A stretch of 64,000 nucleotides of DNA from Mytilus trossulus. Taxonomy: Eukaryota. The notes under the pieces were generated by a model. That model ran no database searches and was not told where the DNA came from. It saw only the letters and a program-made list of their open reading frames with translations. The stretch lies in the NCBI RefSeq assembly GCF_036588685.1, contig NC_086381.1:59892001-59956000 (forward strand), given 5' to 3'. This document shows positions 23,968 to 36,204 of this stretch, piece by piece (positions within the stretch are counted from its first letter, which is position 1; every line of letters starts with the position of its first letter). Made by a program: the position numbers and the translations under genes.

Positions 23968-25861
23968 TTTTCAATCACCCTAAATCATTATTTGTTGATT
24001 ACAAAACCTTGAATCTTCTATAAAGTTAAGGTGATGGTTGTTTACATCTTGTTGTCTGCTGACATCTTGTTTATTTGTTACCTCATAATAGGAAGAGTTG
24101 TTAACAAGGGAGATAACTTGATAGCTGTGTTGGAATACATATTGATGTTAGCACTAGCTGTTCTTTATAGACAGCTATATGCAGAAACAAAGATACTTAT
24201 TTTTATTTATATTATATATTACATTAAAAATAGTACTCTTGTGCAGCATTTGAAAAGAATATTTATTCAAATCACAAAAACGTCACCATTTTTTTTTACA
24301 AATTATATGCAAATATAGTGCCAAAGCAATGCATTTAACTTTTTTATTCTAAATATCACCTCTCTATAAATTAACATACATTGAAAACAATATCTTAAAG
24401 ATTTATCCCTAAAAAATCTCAGAGATCTGTTGTCCGAATTTTTTTTTAATTTGTTTTGAAAATTGCTGAAAATGTTAAATTTGAAAACTAGTGTATTTTA
24501 CCAAAGTTCCACAGGCTGGTACAGTAAAACGAAAATATGCACAGCTTTCATTTTTTTAAATTTAAGTAGAGCTATAATAATCCTTTCAGGGTATTAACAG
24601 TGATAGAATTTAAACTTCTTCCTTTTTATGTAAAGATTGTTTAAAAAAAAAAAAATTTCAGTTTTTGAATCTATAAAAATCAGTCTTTTTAAATATGATG
24701 TGTTACCATGGCAACACATATTTTTTTTAACATTTTTTTTTATATGAATAATGTTTTATGCCTATAATGCACCTTTTAACCAAGTTTTGTCTGATTTCAT
24801 GACATACCATTTCCTTGTCATTTTGGTGCTTACAGAGAATGACTCTTAATATTATAAAGCTGCATTGTGTTCAATACAATACTTTCCAAGGATAATTATC
24901 CATCATGCTAGTTTATATTAACATATATACAATACATCAAAAACTTAGTAGAATATCACAAGAAAAAATACATGAGTTTAAAATGTACGTAGATGTCAAA
25001 TAACAGATTTTTCAATGATCCATATAATAGGAAAAATGTTTCTCTTCTACTTCAGAGATCATGATCTCATTATAACGTTTTTGTGTTTGACTTATAAACA
25101 CGAATTAACATTAGAATATCTATACTATTAAACGAGAAGACCTCATTTTGTGTGTCGCTTCTCCTCCTTCCACAATAAAGTAATTATCATGCCTCTATGT
25201 GCTATAGGTAACATGTATAGTCGCATTTGTCATTCATTTTGGGTTATTGTGGGGGAAAAAAGAAATAAAATGCGTCCGGATATTTTCCCGTTATTGTACA
25301 AAACTTTAAGTCAGATTAGACTTCCGTTTGTGTTTTTTGCCCCGTCCCTAAGTACCTGAAATTCACCAGTCAGTATACTTTTTTTTACAGTTTACATAGA
25401 TTACGCTATATTTCCTCGCGATTTCGCGGGTGTCTTTTCGTATATATATTTTAAGTTACTTTTTAATATTTCCTTACAAGAATGCCTTATCTATCATATT
25501 AAACAGAGTAAGTGCAAATGCAAATTAAAACATTTTGAAAAAAAATTGTCATGATTTATTGAATTTATGTGTCTTCTTTCCCTGTGTTGTTTTATATATA
25601 CTTGGTGTAAAGTTATTTGATGACATATAATAATAATGAATTGCACTGACGGGAAACAAAAAAATCGATATTCTTAATTTGATACCGATATTGTAGCACC
25701 ATTTTATGAAAATTCACCATTTTATGAAAATTTACTATTCTGAAAATAATTAAATGGATTATCACAATCCAGTCTGGATCACTTGTCCATAACACTTAAT
25801 TTTAATCATGAGTACTGATACTATTTGTTTTTCTCTTTCTAAAGTAGTCTGTTTACTGTTA

Positions 25862-26175
25862 AGTAAAACAAATTCTTAGTATATTTTGTCAGGTTTTTTC
25901 AACAGGGTGAATTCAGACCATTCTGGATTGTCTCCCTTTATATAGGCTTCTAGATTTATTTATATTTTAGGTTGTACACACGTTATAAGATATGCATATA
26001 TTTAAAAAATTAAATAAATGCGTGGATGTCACCATGAATATGTGAGGAGCGATGAAAAGTTCGTGTTATTTCATTGATCTTGTTTTTGTTATCATTCATT
26101 TAGATCTATATAGTTTTCCGGCTGACAAAAGATTATAATTTCTTTCGAGAACACATAGAATATGAATGAAATAAT
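25862..26175. repeat. Dispersed ~300-bp duplication, copy 2
   Basis: Colinear with 16283-16582. Confidence 0.8.
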
Positions 26176-27299
26176 TTCTTCAGTGTTTTTTCTTTATGCG
26201 TTCATTAAAAAAAAGAAGATGTGGTAAAATTTTCAATGAGACATCTCTTTACAAGAGACCGTATGACACGGAAAATAACAAGTATAGGTCACCATACGTC
26301 CTTTAACAACAAGCAAAGCCCATACCGCATAGTCAGCTGTACAAGCCCTTAAAATGACTGATGTCTATCAATTTAAACGAGAAAAATAATGTAAAAAAAA
26401 ACAAATGAATGAAAAACTAATATGTGATTAAAAAACAAACGACAACCACTGAATACCAGGCCCCTGACATGGGACAGGCACATACAAACAGATAACACCG
26501 TGGTTAAACATTCTGTCAGGATTCTTTTCACTAACCTGCTGGGACAGTGGTGTAACAGTACAACATAATAACAGACTATAAAGACCAGTTGAAAAGGCTG
26601 ATCTCATCAGATGGATACAAATAGAAATGCATCTCACAAACACACTGACTGGGTGTGGCCGGTTATTTGTACATTCCAACAACACAAATATGCTAAATAC
26701 AGATCTGAGAGTACTCGCATTTACTGACAGCTAGTTCAAATCCATTAGCAAACTAATAAAAAGAATCATGCATCTAGGACTAAATAATCAATCAGTACAC
26801 ATACAACATCCTATGGACTATTAATGGAAATGAAGTAACTTAGACTTCATAAACATTCAGAGTAGAACCTGGCATTGTGCAATGCAAAGACACAAGAATC
26901 GACAGATTGTAGTTTCACGAATGTGCATATGTATGTAACAATAATAGGTATTCTTCGTTCAAAAATAATTCAAATTCCGTTCGCATTAACTAATTCGAAC
27001 TTAAATGCGCAATCGAAACTTTAATCTCCGAACGTAAATTCTAATACGAATTGCAATAGGAATGTCATCCAGTTTATTGTCCGAACGACGTTAACTTTTA
27101 AAATTTGTATTGTCAATAAATACATTATAATTTAGTTCGAATTGCAATTACAATTAATATATTATGATTTAATTTGAATTACAATTTAGATATTTTGTTT
27201 TAATTCGAAGTGCAATTTAGAAAAAGCCCACACCACAGTTTAATTATTAAAGCGAATTGAGTACTTTGAGATTTTTGCTTGTGTTTTCTTTGTTTGATA

Positions 27300-27505
27300 T
27301 TTTTTTATTTATAAGGTATGATGAATGGATTTTAACCCTGTCTCGTCCTTTCTGTGTTTTGTTTGTTTGTTTGTTTTTATTCATTATGTATGCTGAATGG
27401 ATGTTAATCCTGTCTCGTCCTTTTTGTGTTTTGTTTGTTTGTTTGTTTTTATTTATTAGGTATGCTGAACAGATTTTAACCCTGACTCGTCCTTTCTTTG
27501 TTTGT
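27300..27505. repeat. Minisatellite, ~72-bp unit, ~3 copies
   Basis: Unit ..gtatg.tgaatggattttaaccctgtctcgtcctttctgtgttttgtttgtttgtttgtttttatt repeats at ~27316, 27388 and 27460. Confidence 0.9.
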
Positions 27506-28534
27506 TCGATGCTTTGCTTTCTACCGATCAGATTAGTATAGCCTTTGTCGAACTGATTTTCATTGTTTGTTATTCTGTCCCAATATAAGGGGAGGATTCA
27601 GGGCTACTAAACATGTTTAACCCCGCCGCATTCTTATGCACCTGTCCAAATTCAGGAGCCTATAGTTTTAGTTTTTGTCGTTTGTTCACGCCTGTCATAT
27701 TTGTTTCACGTAAATTGTTTTGTTATGAATAAGGTCGTTAGTTTTCAATATATTTCGTGTTTATGAGCCGATTACACGACATTGTTTTTTTCGCATTGTT
27801 AAAGGTCGTACGGTTCCATATAACTGCTATCATTCACTTCATTTGATTTTGGCTGATGCATGTCTAAATTACAACCATACACGTACCGCATCTTCTATTT
27901 TTGTGTCAAGCCAGGAACCTGTTTTTGACAATTTCGTTGGTGGTTGTCGTTTGTTGCTGTATATCATATTGTTTTCCTTTATTTGACTTGCACATTGTAT
28001 TCATGTGAATTGTTTAACATTGTCATGTCGGGGCCTATTATAGCATGCTTTCCGGTATGGGTTTTGCTTATTGTTGAAGGACCGCAAAATGTCCAGAAGT
28101 TGCTAACTTCTACGTCTTTTGGTCTCTTGTGCAAAGGTGCTTGGTTGGCAATCCTACCATGGTATCTTATTGTTATATAATGTTGATAATATAAGCACAG
28201 TGTGTGCTTAATGGTAACGCTGAGTCGAATATTTCTTTTCCATAATTTACAAAATTAAAGTTATCAGAAAGACGTGTCAATCTATTCTAAGATTTTTGTA
28301 AATCTTGTTTATTTTGTTAATAAGCAGCAAATACTTTTGGACCAGTCCTTATAAGATCAACCAAGATATTTTTCATTTATAACACGTGGTAGGAAATAAA
28401 CCAAGCATTCAGAAAAAAAAATGATCTATTGATAGAGTAAATGGCCTTTTAATAACATAATTAAACAAACAAGCAATTATATAAACTGTTCCTAAATAGT
28501 CCGATTTTTTCTAATTTAGAAAATATTTTAAAAA

Positions 28535-28700
28535 CATGTTATCAACTCCTGCAGGATGGATTTTGGCTATTAGATTAAGGTCGTTTTTGTCAGTTGTTTT
28601 CATTCTAATTCGTCATTGGCTTTCAACACATTCGGCTTTGACCATTCTTGATGAAGGTTAATTTAGAAAAGCGATTCGGTCACAAGAAATTCATAAAAAA
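28535..28700 (+). mobile_element. Retrozyme-like repeat family 3 (degenerate hammerhead)
   Basis: 28643-28680: cattc-TTGATGA-aggttaattta-GAAA-agcgat-TC-gg. Core spacing is right but stems are poor. Confidence 0.4.
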
Positions 28701-28828
28701 AATATTTTTTTAGTTCTTTATTTCCAATCGTGAGCAACATCTTTCTAGTTTCATAAGCTTTAATTTAAAAGTATTGTTTTACACTGATTGGCTTATCGGA
28801 ATAAATTTCCTATAGAACAAAGCTGTGT

Positions 28829-30762
28829 TCATTTATGATGTTCTTTTCGCCGCTTGATGATGATAAAAACCAGTCCATTCAGAACTCCTCCGATATTAGT
28901 GAAGGATATAGCCATGTACATAATTACTTCCGGTATGTGTCCAAGTAGGGCAGTTATGGAGAACACAGCCAGTGGAAACCATTTGATAAAAAATACAGCG
29001 ACAAACAGTGACATATTCCTTGCAGTTTTGTGTACACATTTAATCGACTGAGCAGCATGTCCTAGTGTGTTTACCAATTCTTTACTTTCTTTGTAAATTC
29101 AAATCCACGTGGCAATATAAAGTACGCTATTAACGACGATTACAATGAATGTAAGCATCGTGGAGTAAAATACCAATAAATCCACTCCTTTAATGGCATC
29201 GAAATGACATCTGTAATTGAAATAATAAAATCTTGCTTGATGATGATAAAAATATAAAATTAAGTCTCAAAATTAAAGCATTCAGCAAAAATCTTGCTTA
29301 GTGAATATTAAAATTTTTATTCAATTTCTTGAACAAACATTTGTAAATGCATCTGTTTTCGATTTTTTTTTTTTTTTTTTTTTTTTTTCCTTGTTTTATA
29401 CAGTATCATGTCAGTAATCGTTAAAAACATTCCTTCTAACTTGTACATTTTTATTGCATTAAATAGCTTTGAACAATATAAAGTGACAATCACTTAACAT
29501 CAGTTTACTGTTGAATCTGGACTTTGAGATTGTCGTTCTCAGAACACGACCGAAATACCAAATTTAATGTTAGGAAATTTTATCGACACATTCTTTATAA
29601 AAAAAAAATGGATTCCAAATATCAAAAGCATTATTACTTAATGAGACGTTATTTTTTAAATAAAACAAAAGTTCCAAAACTTAAAACAATACAATCGTGT
29701 AATAGTTTCACTTTTCATTAATAAAGATCAATGAGTTTTAGACGAAGAATTGAGTGTCATAAATTCTACAAAATAATATGATGTTTATCAACTTGACTCT
29801 TTAATATCTCTGACGTACTAAGTAAAATCACAAAAATGCTGAATTCAAAGGAAAATTCAAAACGGAAAGTCTGTAATCAAATGGCAAAATCAAAAGCCAA
29901 TACTCATCAAACGAATTGAAAACAACTGTCATATTCCTCACTTAGTGAAATCATTTTCTCATGAAGAAAATGGTGTGTTGAACCTGGTTTTTTAGCTAGC
30001 TAAAACTTTCACTTGAATGACAATCGCATCAATTCGATTATTTTAAAAACAATGCGTGATCAAAACGAACAGACATAATAGGTAAAAAAAAAAGGCAGCA
30101 GTAGTGTACTCATAAATCCAAATGTCAATAATGCAGCAGTCAAAATTGTGCTATAGTAATAATAATATTTTATATACTCACGAAATTCCTGTTGGACCCA
30201 GCTTCCCGAAAAATGCTGATGCCAGATGGACAACAAATGGTATACCAAAAGTGTACAACAACAGCTTCCAGTCATATTTTCCCAAATGTATGTCTTTTCT
30301 CATGTATATCATACTGAAGACATTTATAGAGACCGCATTGACCATGAACATTTGTGCGGATATGAACTCTCCAATGACGAAGGAGTAAAACATACAAAGT
30401 TCACGTGGTCGCACATGGTCCTTTGTTATGTATATCTGCAAATGTTCCAATGAATGAGTCAGATTAAAAACACCATCGCAAATGGCCATGTAAACTACAA
30501 GTCGCTTGCTTTTGGTCCAGCTTAAAAATCGGTGATTTGAGTTTCGGAAAGATAAAGCCAGAACAAAAACCGAGAACGTTAGACTGATACTTATGCATGA
30601 AAGTGCAGTCAAATGTAAGGATGCAAAGTGATGGTTTTCCAGACCAAATAGAGGCAGGTCGTATCCATCTCGTGGCGCATGGATTTTTGTTGTTTTGTTT
30701 GAAATGTGAACACCATAATTTGATGTAAATTCAGAAACATTAGACATTGAAGCGTTTGCCAT
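28829..30762 (-). pseudogene. Two-exon 7TM GPCR (cAMP-receptor-like / GPR157-Git3-like class) with one premature TGA; exons 30762-30182 and 29210-28829
   Basis: Exon 1 encodes TM1-4 (RLVVYMAICD, conserved Cys in ELCMFY). GTGAGT donor at 30181 and tacag acceptor at 29211 join in phase 2 to give PTGIS-CHFDAIKG. Exon 2 encodes TM5-7 (SLFVAVFFIKWFP, NIGGVLNGLVF). In-frame TGA at 29101-29099. Would be 320 aa if intact. Confidence 0.85.
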
Positions 30763-32734
30763 CTTTCCGTTGACCAGAAGTGAATGTTTATTAAAGGAAG
30801 TTTGATTAATATAACAATTAAGAGCAAATTTCCAATCAGAAGATCTTGAACGTTGATAAACTTTAAATTTTTGAATTATTTATTCACAATCTATTAGATA
30901 CCAAGTTTATCAACCAAAAAATGCATTAGTTTTACCTCGAGTTAATAACCAGGAAATGGAACACCGCTGGTTCTTCCTGGTTGATTGTCTTACCGTCGTG
31001 TAGGATTGGAGCGGTTCAACAAGTGGTATATGACCTAAAACTCTTATCCGGTTTGAACTAAAACAAAGTGCGCTCTGTACTTAACAGATCTTACGTTTGT
31101 GCCATTTTCAATAGATGTAACGTGACATTCGTTTTGTAAAATATACTGTACAGATTTAATACAAAGAAAGCAGACAATTGGGATTCAAGACGTTCAGATG
31201 CACAGTCACAGTGCATTATAGACTTACAACTACCCAGCAAGGACGGACAATATGTTTATGTACATGTACATCTGCCATCAATACTTCTTAACGTATTTAT
31301 CCTCAATAAAAGTTTTAATATCATTTTTCGTAATGTTGTTAATAGTTTTCGAAATTTTTAGAATTACTCATCCTCTTGGAAATCCAAAATGTACATAGGA
31401 GAGCAGGTTAGCGATGGCAGACAGGGGAATAGCTGTTTCAACTTAAGTTTATCAAAGAGTTTATGATACTAATGTGTCTCACGTGTTTACCAGTGACACA
31501 ATTCTTGCGAAGGATTTTTTTTTTATCATTTTGGCAAATGAAATATAAAATCTATAGGGCGAATGAAACATGAAATGTCGATTGACGCAAATGCATGACG
31601 CAAGTTTTTGTTGTTCTTTGAATTGCAATATGCGGTTTTGTGATGTTCGACGTTTTAAATTTGTTTGTTTTTTTTAAATTTTGGTCTCGGTCGCTACTGA
31701 TTAGATTGTTGAAAACAAAATAGGGAATCTGTGAACGTTTGCTGAATTTTAACTGTTAGATATGTGCAAAGCGCATGTGGTTATATTGACACAAACCAAT
31801 TTAACAGACGTTTTCCATAGCAAGAACAGTATTTAGTTAATTAATTCATATCAACAAATTACACATAATATCATGAAATGACGATGTACATAATATTATT
31901 TTTTGTATATGTGTAATTAATATTTCAAAGAAACAGCCACACACCAATACTAAACAAAATAACAAAAGACACCTACCAAGCTATCATGGTCTGCACTAAA
32001 ACAGAAAAATATTATACTTCATTTCGCCTCGACCTTAAATACGTCCAAAGATACCAGCATTGAAATTCTATAAACGATGTAATCTATAAATTCTTGTTAT
32101 TTTTTGTTAGATTCTAGGTATAAACAAAAATTAAACAAAAATGATAATAGGAAAAAGAAGAATTGGTATTATTGCTAAAAAGACAACTCTCCACAAGAGA
32201 CCAAATGACACAGAAATAAACAATTGTTTAAAGTATGGCTACATATTTCCTAATGGATTAAGGATATTAGATCATCGATAATCTACCACTATTGCTTCAC
32301 ATTCACCAGTTTTAGATTAACCACCTAGAGGTATGTTTGAACCTGATTAACTTTATGTTGATTGTCATCGAAAGTGAAATCATGGTACCATGTAACAATG
32401 GTGCTATAAAAGACACATACTTTCTTGTATATTATTTATAGAGTATTTATGGTTCTGAAAACATTTAATCTCACTAAAGGCAGATATCCTTGTTATAAGA
32501 TAAACATTATAGCTATGAAAGATTATCTGTTAATAGCTTTTATCCAGATCAAGGACGTCTCTCTTATGACTTATTTACTCACTGATACAAAATAATCTTG
32601 AGTTCAAAAAATGGCATACAGAAAGACAAAAGGAAATTAAGAAAAAAAAACATATTTATTTACTATGAGTTTCGTTTACTTAATTTTATGTTATTTATGT
32701 AGTTATATTAAAAAACATAGACAAGAGTATAGAT

Positions 32735-33245
32735 TATTTAAGGAATGACTGTAATATTTTTTCTGTCTATAAAAAAAAATAACATACAAAATTTGGTGCA
32801 CACTGAATAAAGCGCGTAGCGGGTTATTTAACAGTGTTCACTATATTGTTATGTTATTTCGAATAGACAGATAAAAATATTACAGTCATTTCTTATAATT
32901 TAATTCTAAATTCCTTTTTAAACCGTAGAAAACCATGAAAAGCGTTGATGATGTCACGGTCACATGACTATGACTAAATTATGTCCATGGACTGATAACA
33001 AAATAACGTCAGCCATTCAGAAGACGCGTTACGCTTCCGGAGCACCTGGGATCACCCCTAGTTTTTGGTGGGGTTCGTGTTGTTTATTCTTTAGTTTTCT
33101 ATGTTGTGTCATGTGTACTATTGTTTTTCTGTTTGTCTTTTTCATTTTTTGCCATGGCGTTGTCAGTTTGTTTGTTTTAGATTTACGAGATTGCCTGTCC
33201 CTTTGGTATCTTTCGTCCCTCTTTTACATCCAATATTAAATTATT
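32735..33245 (+). mobile_element. Interspersed repeat interrupted by a Penelope-like 3' tail (33032-33227)
   Basis: Host repeat matches the uninterrupted copy at 38836-39055 (aatcagaagacg.gttacatccaa.attaaatt). The insert matches 45775-45957 and is flanked by a duplicated ttac. Confidence 0.75.
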
Positions 33246-33702
33246 TTATATCAGGATGCATACTCTGTAAAAGATGAATACGTTCTTTTTCAGATTGAGT
33301 TCTTCATTGAACATCATTCCAAGATTAAATTCTTCATTGAACATCATTGCAAGATTGATTAACTTTATCGAATTGATAGGCCCGTCGGGAATCTAAGACC
33401 GTCTGATTTTATTTTATGTACCCAAAATGTTAAAACAAAAATTAAACAAAGGGATTAACTATGCCATTGGGACATTGTATCCAATTTATAATTGCTGCAA
33501 CAATCTTTTACGTACATAGAACACACATGTAAAGATAACAAGATAAACTAATATTGATAGTTATCTGTCTTCGATAACTTTTTAAAACTAAAGTGACTTA
33601 TTCTTTGTGACCTTATATCTTGAATATTTGATTCCCAAAGTATGTAAAATCATTTCATCATTTTGCACTTCTGTTCTGGAAAACGATATTCATTTGTTCA
33701 CG

Positions 33703-35211
33703 TTACTCCTGTTTGTGTTTTCTTTTAGCTCTACAACAAATCCATTGTAGACACATCACTGATGAAAATCCTATTGTGATAAAGGTAATAATTATGTCTA
33801 TAAGGTAGAATGAATACCAAGGCATATCTAAAGAAGAATGTCGAAAGTGTTCGTTACCATATTTGGTAACTAAATTAATCCAGTACGCAGCTCGTTCAGA
33901 CGGAGTTTGTGGACGGCCATGAAAAATGGCAGAAGCTCTCATTATGTTCGATTTAAATTGGTCATTGAAGGCAATATTTTTGATATTTTCTACTAAGACT
34001 TGAATTGTAAAATGATAAAAGTCCATAGTTATTCCATAATGTTTGGATGTAATGACCGCAGCATTTGCTGGCTGGTCGACGCCAATTGGAAAAACTATCA
34101 TTGGTATGCCATGGTGTAGAGCCTCGAAAACACTACTTTTACCTCCATGAGTGATGAATAACTTAGTTTTCAGATGTCCTAATAAGTCATTTTGTGGTAT
34201 CCATGGCAACATCAACACATTTTGAACATACTTGACCTCTTTTCCTGTGGCAACTACGAAATTTAAGTTCGTTACCATATTAAACGCTTCGAGCATTTTG
34301 CTGAGTGTTTCCGAAGGAAGAGTCTTGATAATGCTTCCGAATGACACAACTACGATGCCATCTGATGAGTTTTCAACAAAATCCTTTAGTTTGTCAGGTA
34401 ACTGAATCGGAGGTGCTGCAGCTAGTCCACCACACATGATGACATTCGACGGGACCGGATGTGGAAATTCTAACAACATATCATTATCAGCAATATACAT
34501 TAAGGACATTTGTTTTATTTTCTCATTAGAAACACTTTGTTTTTCTGGTACATATCGTTCTGATAAATTCTCAAAAGAAGGTACCGATGGACGTAGTAAC
34601 AATATTAAATATCTGGCAGTATTTATAATTCTTTCTCTGAAAGTCATTTTATCAGTAAAACTAGAAAACAGGGTTGGCATGAATGATGGGTTTAATGGCA
34701 CTCTGTTCACTGAAGGGTCAATAAAGGCCCCTAAAGAAATAAACGGCAGGTTTAATTTATACGCCATGATAGAGAAACAGAGAGTAGGTGCATAGTCCAC
34801 AATGGCATAATCAAAATGGTGGGCGGCTAGTACTTGCGCATGCACCGTATCATTTAAATATCCATGACAGAGTGCGTTGGTCCCTTTCAACCACTCGGTC
34901 AATGCTCTTATTCTAGCTCCTGACATCATCGTTTCAACCATCTCTCGTATAATGTCTTCGAAATAAAATTGATCAAGACTCTTTGCAATAATGGTTGAAA
35001 TATTAAATCCATCATTTATCAAGTCAGTTTTCATCCTTGATGCCACAACAAATGTTACTGAATGATTTAACTTCTCTAACTCCTTCGATATTGCAATCAT
35101 TGGTAACATGTGACTTTTTGACTGTGCCATTATCGCAATGAACTTTTCTGCGTGTACGTGTAAATTATTGTGGTTACTTAAAGACATCAAAAGTAAAAGT
35201 ATTTTAATCAT
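33703..35211 (-). CDS. UDP-glucuronosyl/glycosyltransferase (GT1), single exon, 502 aa
   Basis: Signal peptide; catalytic His in SH motif; VVVSFGS; UGT signature WIPQNDLLGH..KLFITHGG..SVFEALHHGIPMIVFPIGVDQ; C-terminal TM helix and KxKxx ER-retention tail (KHKQE). Confidence 0.96.
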   Translation of the reverse strand: MIKILLLLMSLSNHNNLHVHAEKFIAIMAQSKSHMLPMIAISKELEKLNHSVTFVVASRMKTDLINDGFNISTIIAKSLDQFYFEDIIREMVETMMSGARIRALTEWLKGTNALCHGYLNDTVHAQVLAAHHFDYAIVDYAPTLCFSIMAYKLNLPFISLGAFIDPSVNRVPLNPSFMPTLFSSFTDKMTFRERIINTARYLILLLRPSVPSFENLSERYVPEKQSVSNEKIKQMSLMYIADNDMLLEFPHPVPSNVIMCGGLAAAPPIQLPDKLKDFVENSSDGIVVVSFGSIIKTLPSETLSKMLEAFNMVTNLNFVVATGKEVKYVQNVLMLPWIPQNDLLGHLKTKLFITHGGKSSVFEALHHGIPMIVFPIGVDQPANAAVITSKHYGITMDFYHFTIQVLVENIKNIAFNDQFKSNIMRASAIFHGRPQTPSERAAYWINLVTKYGNEHFRHSSLDMPWYSFYLIDIIITFITIGFSSVMCLQWICCRAKRKHKQE

Positions 35212-35869
35212 TTTCGTTTACCAAATAAAGACAGTTGTAGAATACGTAATAAAGTATTTTTCTTATTCTTCATGTATAAACTTATTACTATCATTCGTTT
35301 ACCTTTAATCCTTTTACGACATAATTTTGTAAAGTTTAACTTGTGGTGTGTAAATATATGTCCAACAACTTGACCTGTTTGTCGCAAACGAAATACACTG
35401 AAACGAAAAAAAAATGTGTTTATATAAAATTCACTTTCAGTCTTTGGTGGTAACAATTGTTTTAATGGTACTTTTTATTACTGTTTTTATGTACATCTTT
35501 GTGTTTGTATAGAGTGGACAGCGGTTTCAAATGAAGTATTTTTTATAAATATTCGTCACTTCGATCTATTAAGTGTCTTTTATCAAATTTGATAGTACTA
35601 CATGTACAACACGTTTCATTAGTGTACGTAAAATTAAAAAAAATCAACCATCTTTAACATTGCAACCAATGACAATAATTCTAACTGATGCTCTCGTTTT
35701 ATTATTTTCCCATTCGTATGTTTATTCCTGAGAGTTCCTACTTGAAGTTGATATCAATATTGAAGACTTTCTATCGAGCTCCAGATGTCATTCGGCATCT
35801 GTTTTCCTTTGGGGTCTGTCTACGTTGTCCAGACATTTGCGTTTTATTGTCTCGTTAATTTTGTAAGTA

Positions 35870-36075
35870 CTCGTGATAGAACCAAAACCCGGTCTAACCA
35901 GAGACTTGGGAATTTGAATAGACTTCCTTTCCACCTAGCACACGACAATTATAAGTGAGGGAAATACAAATCTATTCGAAGTCTAAACATTTGAGTATGC
36001 CAGGGGTGATATGTCTTCCTATGGACTGTAACATTATAAAAAATAACCGCTTTAGTGTGTCAGTTTAGTTTAATC
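35870..36075 (+). mobile_element. Degenerate SINE (Meta-domain-like), related to 46225-46520 and 59425-59800
   Basis: Shared order ggt.taa..agagactt..aattt..ata..cttc.....ctag.a ... gatatgtct.cct.tg.a.tgt ... gtgt..gt.tagt. Family name from memory. Confidence 0.4.
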
Positions 36076-36204
36076 CTCCACTAACCTGGGATAGTAGTGT
36101 ACAAATGTAGCAATACTACATAAAAACAAACTATAAAAATCAGTTGAAAAAGGCTTAATTCATCAATAATTTGTTTCTTAGAACTGAATGAACACAATGA
36201 ACAT

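Larger units (their letters stand above)
18706..24845 (-). mobile_element. Sola3-like DNA transposon, internally deleted derivative (6140 bp)
   Basis: TTAA TSD (18702-18705, 24846-24849); termini GAGTCATTCTC / GAGAATGACTC; long imperfect TIRs of ~550 bp (gttgccatgg.aac, ggacaacaga and agagaggtgatattt mirrored in both arms). Internal Cys/His-rich N-terminal ORF and C2H2 + GWALK C-terminal ORF. Confidence 0.8.

Noticed and set aside
18702-24849. piggyBac or Kolobok assignment of the TTAA element
   Set aside because: Ends are GAG..CTC rather than CC..GG, TIRs are several hundred bp, and the protein motifs fit Sola3 better. Kolobok is not fully excluded without a search.
29099-29101. Selenocysteine codon in the GPCR
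   Set aside because: The position is typically a basic residue after TM5, not Cys, and I see no convincing SECIS in the downstream sequence.
34436-34795. Antisense ORFs over the UGT, TRIM, GPCR and orphan genes
   Set aside because: Shadow frames of real coding sequence with no independent motifs.
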